Source: an uncultured Glaciecola sp. | Lineage (GTDB): Bacteria > Pseudomonadota > Gammaproteobacteria > Enterobacterales > Alteromonadaceae | Direction of reading: 5' to 3' | Length of the DNA: 64,000 nt | Assembly (NCBI GenBank): GCA_964446865.1 | Contig: CAYURD010000008.1 | Location: 4,593 to 68,592, forward strand | Part shown: positions 20,260 to 29,777 of the stretch, piece after piece | Numbering within the stretch: the first letter of the stretch is position 1 | Layout of the letters: the number at the start of each line of letters is the position of its first letter | The notes under the pieces: model-generated | Told to the model about the DNA's origin: nothing | Seen by the model: the letters and a program-made list of their open reading frames with translations, nothing else | Database searches by the model: none | Translations under genes and position numbers: made by a program

Positions 20260-20652
20260 TTATAAAGGGCGTAGTGAAATGACTTCTCGCAGCACCTGCC
20301 ACCGGCCATCTTCAAAGCACAAATCAATACTCAAGAAGAGAGACATGTCTTGGCCGTTTAGGTTATTACGCCTAGACAATACAACGTTTGCACTCGCATC
20401 CTTTTGTTCAATATGATGATACTTGACCCAAGTGTTCATAGGCGGGTCACCCGCGTCTCGCTTAGCGGCAAACATACTCTTAAAAGCGACTTTATCAAGA
20501 TGATGAACTTGGTCTTGAGGATCTACCATGATCACTTTCATATCGTCATGATAGATGCGTTCAAGCGCATCAACATCATAGGTTGTTGCCGTTTGTATAA
20601 GGTCGTCAATGGTTTGTTTGACCTCATTAACTTGATTATTTGTTGCGTTCAT
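20260..20652 (-). CDS. NTF2/SnoaL-like (lumazine-binding-like) small protein
   Basis: DVDALERIYHDD and DGRWQVLRE pattern; ATG at 20652 with GAGG SD. Confidence 0.7.
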   Translation of the reverse strand: MNATNNQVNEVKQTIDDLIQTATTYDVDALERIYHDDMKVIMVDPQDQVHHLDKVAFKSMFAAKRDAGDPPMNTWVKYHHIEQKDASANVVLSRRNNLNGQDMSLFLSIDLCFEDGRWQVLREVISLRPL

Positions 20653-20708
20653 TAATATAACCTCTTGCAGCAATATTGTTCATTAGGCTTTATCCAAACT
20701 CGTACACC

Positions 20709-22187
20709 TTATTTACTTGCGGTGTTTGCTAACGTAACCTCATAAACATTAACTAAGTCATCGGGCTGAATAGTCGGTACTGTTATTTCTAAGCCTTGTT
20801 CGGTAATTTCCCACAACAAGTCTTCTTTATTAACCAAAGATTTGACTGAAATAACTTTACTTGGCTCATCTAAAAATGCGGATATTACATGTTTTGAATC
20901 CTGCGGTGCCTTACCAAGCTGTAAAACATAAACAGTATTATTTTTACGAGTAAAACGAATATCTTGCCAATTGTAATTAGCACCTTTTACGCCGCCATGC
21001 ACGTTTGATTTTAGTTCTTTGTCGCCAGGCCCACTTCCATAGGTATTCCAAGGTCTTGTTGCATAAATAGCGTCGCCATATACGTCTAACCATGCGCCAA
21101 GACGCTTTAAACTCGCGACTTGGTCTTCTGGGATAGTACCGTCTGAACGAGGGGATATATTTAGCAAAAGAATACCATTTTTGCTAACTGTATCGACAAA
21201 CGAATGCAGCACCAACTTAAAAGGTTTGGCTCTTGAGCGACTTATGTAACTCCAGCCCCAAGTGATGGTGTCGTCGGTTAGCCAAGGCCGTTCTTGTAAG
21301 TCACGCATACGCCCTTTTTCAATATCAACAATGCCGATGTCTTTACTTAAATCTTCTTGTTTAAACGAAATAACGGGTTCTTGTCCACGTGCAATCGACG
21401 CGTTAATGTAGTTGGCGATCATTTCGTATTTTTTATCTTTAGGCAGGGTATGCAACCACGAATCAAACCATAAAATATCGGGATGATAGCGCTTAACAAC
21501 TTCATCAACTTTTGCCATCCAAACGTCCATTATTTCTTCGTCACTCATTTTTGAGTAGTAAAGCTGTTTCAGGACCGGATCGTCTGTGTTTGAAGGATAA
21601 CCGTCTATTCGTGGGATGTGACCTGCTATGTGTCGGCCAATATGAAATGTCGTTATCAGTTTTAAATCATGTTCTTTAATGGCGGCGCTATACTCACCTA
21701 ATACATCACGCTTGGGGCCCATTTTAGCGGCATTCCAAGGCGTTATGTCACTGTCCCACATGGCAAAACCATCATGATGTTCAGTCACCGGGCCACTAAA
21801 CTTTGCGCCAGCATCAGCCACAAGTTGCGCCCAAGCCTGCGGATCAAATTTTTCTGCCGTAAATTTAGGAATAAAATCGTGGTAAGGAAATTTGTCTGGC
21901 TCACCATAAGTCTGTAAATGGTGCTGGCCAACTTTGCTGTCGGGTTTGTGCATTTCTCGAATATAATGCTCAGTTTCAAATGCCGGAACCGTGTACACTC
22001 CCCAATGAAAATATATGCCTAGTTTGGCATCTTGTAGCCATTGCGGCGCCTCGTCGTGCTTAATAAGAGACTCATAATTGGCTTCAAATTTGTTGTCTTC
22101 AGCTTTAGCATTCATTGTTATTGTTGTGCACAATACAAACAATAAAAATACGCCCATGGGTCTATTAATACTCAACATATCAGTCAT
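20709..22187 (-). CDS. GH29 alpha-L-fucosidase family protein
   Basis: WLQDAKLGIYFHWG, EHHDGFAMWDS, ILWFDSW, DIEKG, DTVSKNGILLLNISP; signal peptide. Confidence 0.92.
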   Translation of the reverse strand: MTDMLSINRPMGVFLLFVLCTTITMNAKAEDNKFEANYESLIKHDEAPQWLQDAKLGIYFHWGVYTVPAFETEHYIREMHKPDSKVGQHHLQTYGEPDKFPYHDFIPKFTAEKFDPQAWAQLVADAGAKFSGPVTEHHDGFAMWDSDITPWNAAKMGPKRDVLGEYSAAIKEHDLKLITTFHIGRHIAGHIPRIDGYPSNTDDPVLKQLYYSKMSDEEIMDVWMAKVDEVVKRYHPDILWFDSWLHTLPKDKKYEMIANYINASIARGQEPVISFKQEDLSKDIGIVDIEKGRMRDLQERPWLTDDTITWGWSYISRSRAKPFKLVLHSFVDTVSKNGILLLNISPRSDGTIPEDQVASLKRLGAWLDVYGDAIYATRPWNTYGSGPGDKELKSNVHGGVKGANYNWQDIRFTRKNNTVYVLQLGKAPQDSKHVISAFLDEPSKVISVKSLVNKEDLLWEITEQGLEITVPTIQPDDLVNVYEVTLANTASK

Positions 22188-23134
22188 TTGTCCTTTATTA
22201 AGGGGTCAACCTTATCATTAACAAAGCTAAATATTTCTTGATAAATGGTTTGAAACTGCTCATCTGTAAAGCCTAAATGGCGACCATCTTTAAGCACAAC
22301 CAGCTTATTAACGACACCGTATTTATCTAATTTTTTGTGTAATTTTTCAGACTGGCTCATTGGCACAACTTGATCAGCCGTTCCATGAATGCTGATGACA
22401 GGTGCAGATGAATGCGTGACATAATGAATAGGTGAATACTCGCTATACAATTTTGCTAGTAATTGTTCATTATTATTAGCCCAGCGCGTCACAAAGTTCC
22501 ATGCATCCTTGTCTTTTTGACGAATAAACGCTTCCTGCGATTTAATGTCGCTTATTCCAAACCAGTTTACGATTGCTTTTATCTTGAGTTTATTACCGAC
22601 ATAGGCCTTGTGCATCGGCGCCGATGTATTTACAAGCCCAGACAATAATGCAAGATGGCCGCCCGCTGAGTCACCGGAGATCACCAAATTAGAAAGGTCT
22701 ATCGAATAGTCCTTTGCGTTTTCTACCACCCACTTAAGCGCAAGTAGCACATCATCAGCGGCCTGCGGCGCAGTGCCCTCTCCCGATCTGTATTCAATAT
22801 TAACAGCGTTCCAGCCCCGTTGTATAAATGGCATGAGGGCCCACTGCACTGATTCTTTAGAGCCCCCCATCCATGCACCGCCATGAATATAAATAAACGT
22901 AGGTCGTTGCGTTTTAGTGCGAGTAAAGTACTCGTTAGGGCCTTTCCATATACCATGATAATAGACATCAAGTTTTTGCCTGTCTTCGCTGCCATAAGCG
23001 ATGTCCAGTTTGTTTCCATGACGATGGGCCCAAAACTCAGAAGACGCATCGTTATTATGCGCATCTGAGTTTTCTGCAGGAAAAAAGAGCAGTGTTATTG
23101 ATATTAAAAATAATGCTAGTGCTTTACTAAACAT
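22184..23134 (-). CDS. Exported alpha/beta-hydrolase (BD-FAE-like carbohydrate esterase)
   Basis: HGGAW, GDSAGGHL, HGTADQVVP, GRH; signal peptide. Confidence 0.85.
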   Translation of the reverse strand: MFSKALALFLISITLLFFPAENSDAHNNDASSEFWAHRHGNKLDIAYGSEDRQKLDVYYHGIWKGPNEYFTRTKTQRPTFIYIHGGAWMGGSKESVQWALMPFIQRGWNAVNIEYRSGEGTAPQAADDVLLALKWVVENAKDYSIDLSNLVISGDSAGGHLALLSGLVNTSAPMHKAYVGNKLKIKAIVNWFGISDIKSQEAFIRQKDKDAWNFVTRWANNNEQLLAKLYSEYSPIHYVTHSSAPVISIHGTADQVVPMSQSEKLHKKLDKYGVVNKLVVLKDGRHLGFTDEQFQTIYQEIFSFVNDKVDPLIKDK

Positions 23135-23166
23135 GTCTATCCTTTAAAAAAATAACACTTTGGTTT

Positions 23167-26100
23167 CTAGTCAACAATTTCTGTTACGCGTAGATTATCC
23201 AAATAATAATCAATTGGCTCGCCAGAAAAACTAAAGACTCCCATAAACCCGGGTCGAATAGAACCGTCATCATTAACCGGCCATGATTGCTCGGGTACTT
23301 CAACTGAAAGCGTTGTCCACTCTTGATTGCGCACTTGCCACCACTTTTGACCGCTTCCATCAAAATTTTCGGCATGTAGCAAGCGAATAAAGCCTGACAT
23401 ATTTCGATCAACATTTGATTTTATATCGACTTCAATTCTAAACCGACGGTTACCGCCTTCACCAAACAAAGTAGGAACAAAAGCAGGCGACAAGTTAATA
23501 CCTGCGCTACTTGAACCATCTCCGGTAACATGTAAACCAAAGCCGCTATTATTAGCCGCTTCAGGGCTCACGTTAAGTTGTACGCCGTCATTGTTGTTAA
23601 AGTGCGGGTCAAATGGTGCTAAAACGCCATCTTCAAAATCAGTGTTGATGTTACCAAGCAGATTGTCGTCATATACAGTTAAATCTTCAATGACAACATC
23701 GTCTACATGCCACACTAAACCTTGGTCACGGAAAAATATAGACAAACGGTGGTCAAACGGGGATAAAGTGACGCCCGTAAACACTTTTTCAAACTGCTTC
23801 CACTGACCTATTTCTGACTTATGCAAGCCCCAAAAAGCAGGGCCAAACGGTGTAGCCTCGTAACCACCAGAAAACTTCTGGAAGACTAGTTGCCCACCTC
23901 TGAAATCACCGTTTCCAGTAAAGTTGTCTTCTACCAGTTTTGCCCAGAACGTTACCTTGATGGTTTTTTCTGCCAGTATTAAATCGTCACCCAGTAAATT
24001 CGGCGCGCTAAATAACACTGTGTTTCGGCTATCAGCGGGCGTGCGAACAACTGCAGCATAAGAGCTTTGACCAGCTTCACGGGAATCTACTCTTTCTACC
24101 GTAAAGTCACCGTCGCCGCCGGCTTCAAAATCACGTAAATCTCTAAATTCAAAACCTGCATTAGCACCCATCAAATTGTTAGGATCGGCAATTGGCGGGA
24201 CAAATGGCGTAAGGACCTCAACGTTATTAAGTACATGGCCGTCAACGGTCGTCGTGAAATTACCTCCGACCGCGCGTAGACCAGAAATAATACGATAGTT
24301 GCTACTAGGGCTTAGATCTTCTGCAAACGTTAAGGTGAGTTCTGTTGAACCCGCACCGGCTGGCACCGTAGTTTTTGTTATACGCTGAAAAGCACCATCT
24401 TTGTATAATTCAAACGCAACATCTCTGTCTTCATCACTTACATAATCAAGTTGTAAGGTAATAAAGTCGCGTGGTTCAAACGCTTGCAACTCTGCAGCAT
24501 TGGTAATCACAATCGTATTACGCAATGTCTGTTTGTCTTGCACGTTAAGGTTCATCGTATCGCTGAGCTGACCATCATAACTGGTCGCCGTAATCGCCAC
24601 GCTGCCCGCTGACATCGGCGTGACAACACCATTTTCGTCTACTTGCGCTACTGCAGGATTACTTGACGTCCACATTATCGAAGGCTGACTTGCATCTAGT
24701 GGCAATACCGCTGCGCGCAAACGATGCGCTGCATCCAGATTAATATCACTGACGGGATGTTGAATACTAACGCTATCAACTGGCACATAAGTATCTATAT
24801 ACGGGGCATTTACTTCTAAAATCAAGGAGCTTAAATGACCGCCGCTATCAGGGAACTCGATTGCTACAGTATTATTTTGTTTTAAATATTTGGCTGGGAT
24901 AGGAATATCAATTGCGCCAAAAAATTCATCTCGCGTGATTTGGTCATAGCCTTTCCAATCATCAGGTACCGCAAAAGCATGGCCATTTACCCTTACGACA
25001 GCTTGTTTAGTCAGGTTATGTTCGCGCGCAATACTCATGCGTAATGTTGCATAATCCTCGCTATCGTTATAGCCGTTTTCGCCGTAATGCATTTGCAGTG
25101 CTTTTTGGCTTGCCGCCGAGCGCCCAACACGCGCTAGTAGCGCTCGATATTGCGGGCTACTTTGCCAAGAATCAGGATAACGCGCTTTAATGCGAGCAAA
25201 TGAACGCTCTAGACTTCTGAGCGTATTGGTAAGTCTGCGAATTTCGCGCACATTAATTGTATCTACCACGCTTTGGTCATAAATAGTATTAGCAGCGTAG
25301 ACATCCGCAAAACTAATACTGCGTTGCTCAAGTTCAACATCAGTAAATGTGAAATCAATACTTGATGCAGAAGAGATTGGCTGCAAATGAACATCGCTAT
25401 AATAAGTATCAATTCTGGCAGACTGGTTAGTTTGTAGCACATTTGAGTATTGATATTCTAATATCACTGTTTCGTGCGCATTTAAGGTCATTTGTGAAGG
25501 TGCTTGTTCAAGAAAGCCTTCACTCAAGGTTGCTACGCCTTCAACAGGCGTATCTAAACTTTTTTTCTTAACCGACACTAGCGTGTTTTGATTTTCGACA
25601 AAGTTAATGGCAACAGTTTTGGCTTCTTCTTCAAAATTGTTCAAGGCGACAAACAGTCTATTTCCATCAACAAAAGCTTGGACGGCTACGTCAGGATCAT
25701 CATCTTGAACTTTAACTCGATAACCTTTTACATCAGACCATAGCTGATAAAACTTTGCTTTTTCAGTAGGCAAGTAATCAAGAACTTTACCAGAGACTAT
25801 TTTTTCAGGATCTGGCCTAAAAACAGCAGGGTTATAAGGATTGAAATTTTCATCAAAAGCGAATGCCGAAATACCCGTTATAAAAGGAATAGAGGTTAAT
25901 ATACGATCATCTCGTTCCAGTAAGGAAAATAAAATATGGTTGATGGAACGCAAATCTTGCGCACTTTTTTCATCACTATACTCGACAGGATAACCAGTTG
26001 TAATACCGCCGTATTCTGTAATGGCATGTGGTAAAACGTCGCTGCTAATTGCATAGCTGTACGTTTCGATCAAATCTAATATTGCTTCAGCATTGCTGCC

Positions 26101-26913
26101 CGAGCGCTGAGTACTTTGGCCTTCAATATTTATTCCGTCATATAAATGGGTTGAATAAGCATCAATATACGGGCCCGCTCTATCCATAAACATTTTTTGG
26201 TTTTTATCGAAGTTATCAAACCCTCTAAGTTCAAATGACGGGAAAGCAGATGAATAACCGATTATTTTAGTATCGATATTTCGCTCATCAAAAGCTTGGC
26301 CTATTTCAGAGAACCAATCAGCCATGCGCTCTTTTACAATTTGCCCTTGAGGCCCATTAAATGGCCCATCAACAAAATCTTGTGCATGCACAAAAGGCTC
26401 ATTCATTGGTTCATAAAACTTGGGCTGCTTGCCGTCTGCATAGTTAAATTCAAAATAATCAGCTGCATATTGAGCACCCGTAATAGGGTCGTTCCCTTCT
26501 CCCATTACGTTAAAAGGATGGTCGGTCACCACAGTACGCGAAGACAAAAAAGGATAGGAAATTGCTGACTGCCTGCGTTCAATTTCAGCAGCACCACCAG
26601 CCATTGTCTGCTCTGTAGTTGGATAGTTAGTTCGCCCTCTTATCGCCCCAAAAGGACTAAAAAATTGACGCCCATAAGACGCGTTTAATTCATTTCGAAT
26701 ATATAAACGATCGATATTGGCCGCGCCAGGATCGCCCGCTGTCGAATGAATGTTAAAGTATTTGTCTCTTTGCAAGTTACTACTGTCACCAATAAACTGC
26801 TTAGTATTAAGATCGATGGTGACTGTGCCTGCGCCAGCGGCGCTACTTAAGCCTAAGGCGGAAGTGGCAACACATATTGCAATGGCCGTTTTGTTGAGTG
26901 TACGGTTTATCAT
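23167..26913 (-). CDS. Modular GH86 beta-porphyranase/beta-agarase with Ig-like and two CBM-like modules
   Basis: Signal peptide; RDKYFNIH, YEPMNEPFVHA, HLYDG, RSGSNAEAILD, ITEYGG, DWKGYDQ; Big_2 motif WTSSNPAVAQVDENG; two NL..N..FE module starts. Confidence 0.85.
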   Translation of the reverse strand: MINRTLNKTAIAICVATSALGLSSAAGAGTVTIDLNTKQFIGDSSNLQRDKYFNIHSTAGDPGAANIDRLYIRNELNASYGRQFFSPFGAIRGRTNYPTTEQTMAGGAAEIERRQSAISYPFLSSRTVVTDHPFNVMGEGNDPITGAQYAADYFEFNYADGKQPKFYEPMNEPFVHAQDFVDGPFNGPQGQIVKERMADWFSEIGQAFDERNIDTKIIGYSSAFPSFELRGFDNFDKNQKMFMDRAGPYIDAYSTHLYDGINIEGQSTQRSGSNAEAILDLIETYSYAISSDVLPHAITEYGGITTGYPVEYSDEKSAQDLRSINHILFSLLERDDRILTSIPFITGISAFAFDENFNPYNPAVFRPDPEKIVSGKVLDYLPTEKAKFYQLWSDVKGYRVKVQDDDPDVAVQAFVDGNRLFVALNNFEEEAKTVAINFVENQNTLVSVKKKSLDTPVEGVATLSEGFLEQAPSQMTLNAHETVILEYQYSNVLQTNQSARIDTYYSDVHLQPISSASSIDFTFTDVELEQRSISFADVYAANTIYDQSVVDTINVREIRRLTNTLRSLERSFARIKARYPDSWQSSPQYRALLARVGRSAASQKALQMHYGENGYNDSEDYATLRMSIAREHNLTKQAVVRVNGHAFAVPDDWKGYDQITRDEFFGAIDIPIPAKYLKQNNTVAIEFPDSGGHLSSLILEVNAPYIDTYVPVDSVSIQHPVSDINLDAAHRLRAAVLPLDASQPSIMWTSSNPAVAQVDENGVVTPMSAGSVAITATSYDGQLSDTMNLNVQDKQTLRNTIVITNAAELQAFEPRDFITLQLDYVSDEDRDVAFELYKDGAFQRITKTTVPAGAGSTELTLTFAEDLSPSSNYRIISGLRAVGGNFTTTVDGHVLNNVEVLTPFVPPIADPNNLMGANAGFEFRDLRDFEAGGDGDFTVERVDSREAGQSSYAAVVRTPADSRNTVLFSAPNLLGDDLILAEKTIKVTFWAKLVEDNFTGNGDFRGGQLVFQKFSGGYEATPFGPAFWGLHKSEIGQWKQFEKVFTGVTLSPFDHRLSIFFRDQGLVWHVDDVVIEDLTVYDDNLLGNINTDFEDGVLAPFDPHFNNNDGVQLNVSPEAANNSGFGLHVTGDGSSSAGINLSPAFVPTLFGEGGNRRFRIEVDIKSNVDRNMSGFIRLLHAENFDGSGQKWWQVRNQEWTTLSVEVPEQSWPVNDDGSIRPGFMGVFSFSGEPIDYYLDNLRVTEIVD

Positions 26914-26961
26914 AAAGTTGGCTCCGGATGGGATGCGTAATTTTTAAAGTGATGTTCGTGC

Positions 26962-27720
26962 CTAGTTGACTTTGTAAGACCTAAAGCCAAGCGTCAGCAT
27001 AAAGATTGCTAATAATGCGCCAATACTGGGTGCATTTACTGGACGATTAACATCAACTTGATCAACAAATAAACGGCTCGAAAACGTATTTGAGAATGAA
27101 GCAAAATCGGAACTAAAGAACAGTAGCTCTATCGAGCCATTGAAAGATTGGGCACTATTTGGGGCTAAACTCACGACTATATTTTGAGTATCTGAGGTGT
27201 TTTGGCTTACCCCATTAGCACTATCGGTATCGAATGACTCTACCGCTGAAAAGACTTCAATATCGTCCATGTCAAACAAGGAAATGAACATATCGATTGA
27301 TGCAAAATCAATTAAATCATCTTGCGCAGAGACAAGAGACGCTTGTTCAAACTCAAACCCTAGGTCAATATCAACTGTGTAATCCAAGGTATTTTCAAAG
27401 CTAAAAGAAAAGTCATAGATGACGTTTTCGAAATCAACAAACGTATCGTTTGCACTAATAGAAGATGAAAGCTTAACGTCGTCTTCAAATAGATTAATTG
27501 CTGTACTACTATCTGAGGCTACGCCGTCGGCTATTACGACTTCTTCACTGCCTAAATTAACAGAGTCGTTCTGAGAAAGGTCAACTACGAAAGATTCAAG
27601 TTCATTAAAACCAAAATCCCCCTGAGAATTCACTCCTGCTGGAAGTGAGATAGGGGCTGCTTTTGCCGCCAAACTAAAAGAAAGTAACACACAAACATTT
27701 ACAACATTTCTAAATTTCAT
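26962..27720 (-). CDS. Acidic exported protein with PEP-CTERM-like sorting signal
   Basis: Signal AKA-API; Asp/Ser-rich body; C-terminus VNAPSIGALLAIFMLTLGFRSYK (variant motif, TM helix, basic tail). Confidence 0.75.
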   Translation of the reverse strand: MKFRNVVNVCVLLSFSLAAKAAPISLPAGVNSQGDFGFNELESFVVDLSQNDSVNLGSEEVVIADGVASDSSTAINLFEDDVKLSSSISANDTFVDFENVIYDFSFSFENTLDYTVDIDLGFEFEQASLVSAQDDLIDFASIDMFISLFDMDDIEVFSAVESFDTDSANGVSQNTSDTQNIVVSLAPNSAQSFNGSIELLFFSSDFASFSNTFSSRLFVDQVDVNRPVNAPSIGALLAIFMLTLGFRSYKVN

Positions 27721-27909
27721 TTACCTAAACATCTTATTCATATACAAAAAAGTATTTCTATATTTAAATCATTAAGGCGGAATTTGCAAATTTTTTACAA
27801 GACTGCAACATTAATTTTTAGTATGTAAATTCTTATTCTTCATTATATTCAAGGATTTAAAGAAAAGTTTATTTAATATAATATTTTTACTTATAAAAGA
27901 TGATATTTG

Positions 27910-27926
27910 AATGTGAACAAATTTCA
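27910..27926 (-). promoter_or_regulatory. Operator-like 17-mer upstream of the PEP-CTERM/GH86 operon
   Basis: AATGTGAACAAATTTCA is the exact reverse complement of 43729-43745. Confidence 0.6.
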
Positions 27927-28030
27927 TTCTTTTATGGGCAAGTTGTTGTCTTGGATATTAGCATGGGTATAGATTGGCTAGCGCGGTGAAAAGTGATAGC
28001 ACCATCGCTAAATGAAAAGAAGGGTCTTAA

Positions 28031-28057
28031 CCATGCCCAGAAAGCTTCTTGGCATGG
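28031..28057 (-). terminator. Hairpin terminator after the SPW-like gene
   Basis: CCATGCCCAGAA...TTCTTGGCATGG stem 17 bp past the stop. Confidence 0.6.
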
Positions 28058-28074
28058 CTAATCAAGTTGATTAA

Positions 28075-28446
28075 TTAAGTACTTTGCGTAGTGGTCGTCA
28101 ATGCTGGTACGTTTGAAAAAAGTACAACCAACAACACCCCTGCTCCCATTACCCAATAATAAATTTTTGCGGTTAAATCAAAGCCAAAAATAAGCGGCGC
28201 TGCTAAGAAAAACACGGCGGCGGCTAAATCGAGCATTAGGTGAATTTTAAAACTAATCACCTTAGCTACACTATAGTGATAATTAGTGATAAGGCTATAA
28301 GCAATCAGCCCAATACCCGCTGCAACCGACATGTACATCGCCAGCGGAGACTGCTCAGCTATGTTTAGCAGTAGTGGCAACGCAATCAATGCAGCTGCGG
28401 CTGCATAATCTAAAAGGCCGTGAAATGTAGAGTTTATAAAACGCAT
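28075..28446 (-). CDS. Small 4-TM membrane protein (SPW-repeat-like)
   Basis: HGLLDY...YSLITNY...ISFKIHLMLD pattern; ATG at 28446; divergent from an AraC gene. Confidence 0.7.
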   Translation of the reverse strand: MRFINSTFHGLLDYAAAAALIALPLLLNIAEQSPLAMYMSVAAGIGLIAYSLITNYHYSVAKVISFKIHLMLDLAAAVFFLAAPLIFGFDLTAKIYYWVMGAGVLLVVLFSNVPALTTTTQST

Positions 28447-28625
28447 AATAAATATTCCTATAAAAATTGTAAGCAACTCGACTTAATACAAGATGCCAGT
28501 ATTGGTCTGAAATCTTGCCGAGCATTTAGTTGATGATTAATACTTTTGATCAAAGCAAGTTCTCATAATCAATAAGTAGTTTGCTAAGACTGAATATACT
28601 ATATGCCTATATTTTTGACTTATGT

Positions 28626-28659
28626 ATGACAAAACGTCCGCATTTTTTGCTCCATCGTA
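28626..28659 (-). promoter_or_regulatory. Putative AraC tandem operator for the SPW-like gene
   Basis: Minus strand reads TACGATGGAGCAAAAAATGCGGACGTTTTGTCAT, resembling the 7568 and 9146 motifs (21-bp period). Confidence 0.5.
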
Positions 28660-28753
28660 CATAATTAATAAGATAACCTGTATTATCGTGTTTTATTTGC
28701 GATACTGCTTACTAGATTATTCTTCAAGTTGCAGTACACAGTAGGCACAATAA

Positions 28754-29701
28754 ATGGATGCAGTTAGCGACATACTAAATACATTAGAGTTTGATAGTTG
28801 TTTATATTTTACGACTGACTTTTCGCCGCCTTGGGCAATTAATGTGCCTAATTATCAAAGTGTTGTTCGCTTTCACTTGCTTACCTCTGGTCAGTGCTGG
28901 GTCAAAATAAACGGTAAAAGCGATTATTTACGGCTTTCTGCTGGCGATATCATTGTTATTCCTCACGGTGCTTCGCATATTTTATCGGACAATCCGAACA
29001 CCGAAGTTGTTGAGCTGGATGCTGCGCTTGATTTTAGTGGTTATAAAGGCGATGGCGTGTTTCAGTATGGCGGTGATAACACCACCAAGACAGAGTCAGA
29101 TAAAGCACAGTTGGTTTGCGGTCATTTTCAATTTGACGAGCGATTTAAACACGCATTAGTAGCCCAACTCCCTGATTTAATTCTGATTAGCAATCACGAA
29201 GCCATGAAATTCCCTTGGTTTACTGATGCGCTTCGCGCACTTAGCTACGAGACTCAAACCAAGCGAATTGGCAACGAATCAATCATAAAACGTATTTCTG
29301 AAGTCATTTTTATCCATAGTATTCGTGTGTGGAGCGAACGAGAAAAGCATCAACAGAGCTTTTTACTTGCGCTGTCTGATGACAAAATTGGCAAAAGTCT
29401 TCAAGCTTTTCATGACGACCCCTCAAAGAAATGGAGTTTACAATCCCTCGCAAGCGAAGCTGGCCTGTCTCGAACACTTTATTCGCAACGATTTAAAGAA
29501 CTAACTGGTGATTCGGTTATGCACTATGTCACTCAGTGGCGAGCACAAAAAGCACAAAAGCTGCTGCTAGATAGTAAACAATCGGTTGAAGAAGTTGCTG
29601 AAAATATTGGCTACGACTCTTTAGCCGCATTTTCACGTATGTTCAAAAAACTCTTTGGCATTGGCCCAGGTAAATATAGACGAGACCATGGCGATAGTTA
29701 A
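28754..29701 (+). CDS. AraC-family regulator with N-terminal cupin (RclR-like), paralog of 8219-9073
   Basis: FHLLTSGQCW, LVCGHF, WSLQSLASEAGLSRT, VAENIGYDSLAAFSRMFKK. Confidence 0.9.
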   Translation: MDAVSDILNTLEFDSCLYFTTDFSPPWAINVPNYQSVVRFHLLTSGQCWVKINGKSDYLRLSAGDIIVIPHGASHILSDNPNTEVVELDAALDFSGYKGDGVFQYGGDNTTKTESDKAQLVCGHFQFDERFKHALVAQLPDLILISNHEAMKFPWFTDALRALSYETQTKRIGNESIIKRISEVIFIHSIRVWSEREKHQQSFLLALSDDKIGKSLQAFHDDPSKKWSLQSLASEAGLSRTLYSQRFKELTGDSVMHYVTQWRAQKAQKLLLDSKQSVEEVAENIGYDSLAAFSRMFKKLFGIGPGKYRRDHGDS

Positions 29702-29777
29702 CATATGTTAAGGGCTATTAATTCGGGCCATTGTTTTGTGGCATTAGCAGTGCTTGACAAGCCCAGTCGTTTTACCA

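Noticed and set aside
20183-20302. Long N-terminal extension of the first GH29 overlapping the NTF2 gene
   Set aside because: The lipoprotein signal fits a start at 20182 or 20170.
29698-29711. Perfect palindrome TTAACATATGTTAA over the AraC stop codon
   Set aside because: AT-rich, single copy and not in a promoter position.
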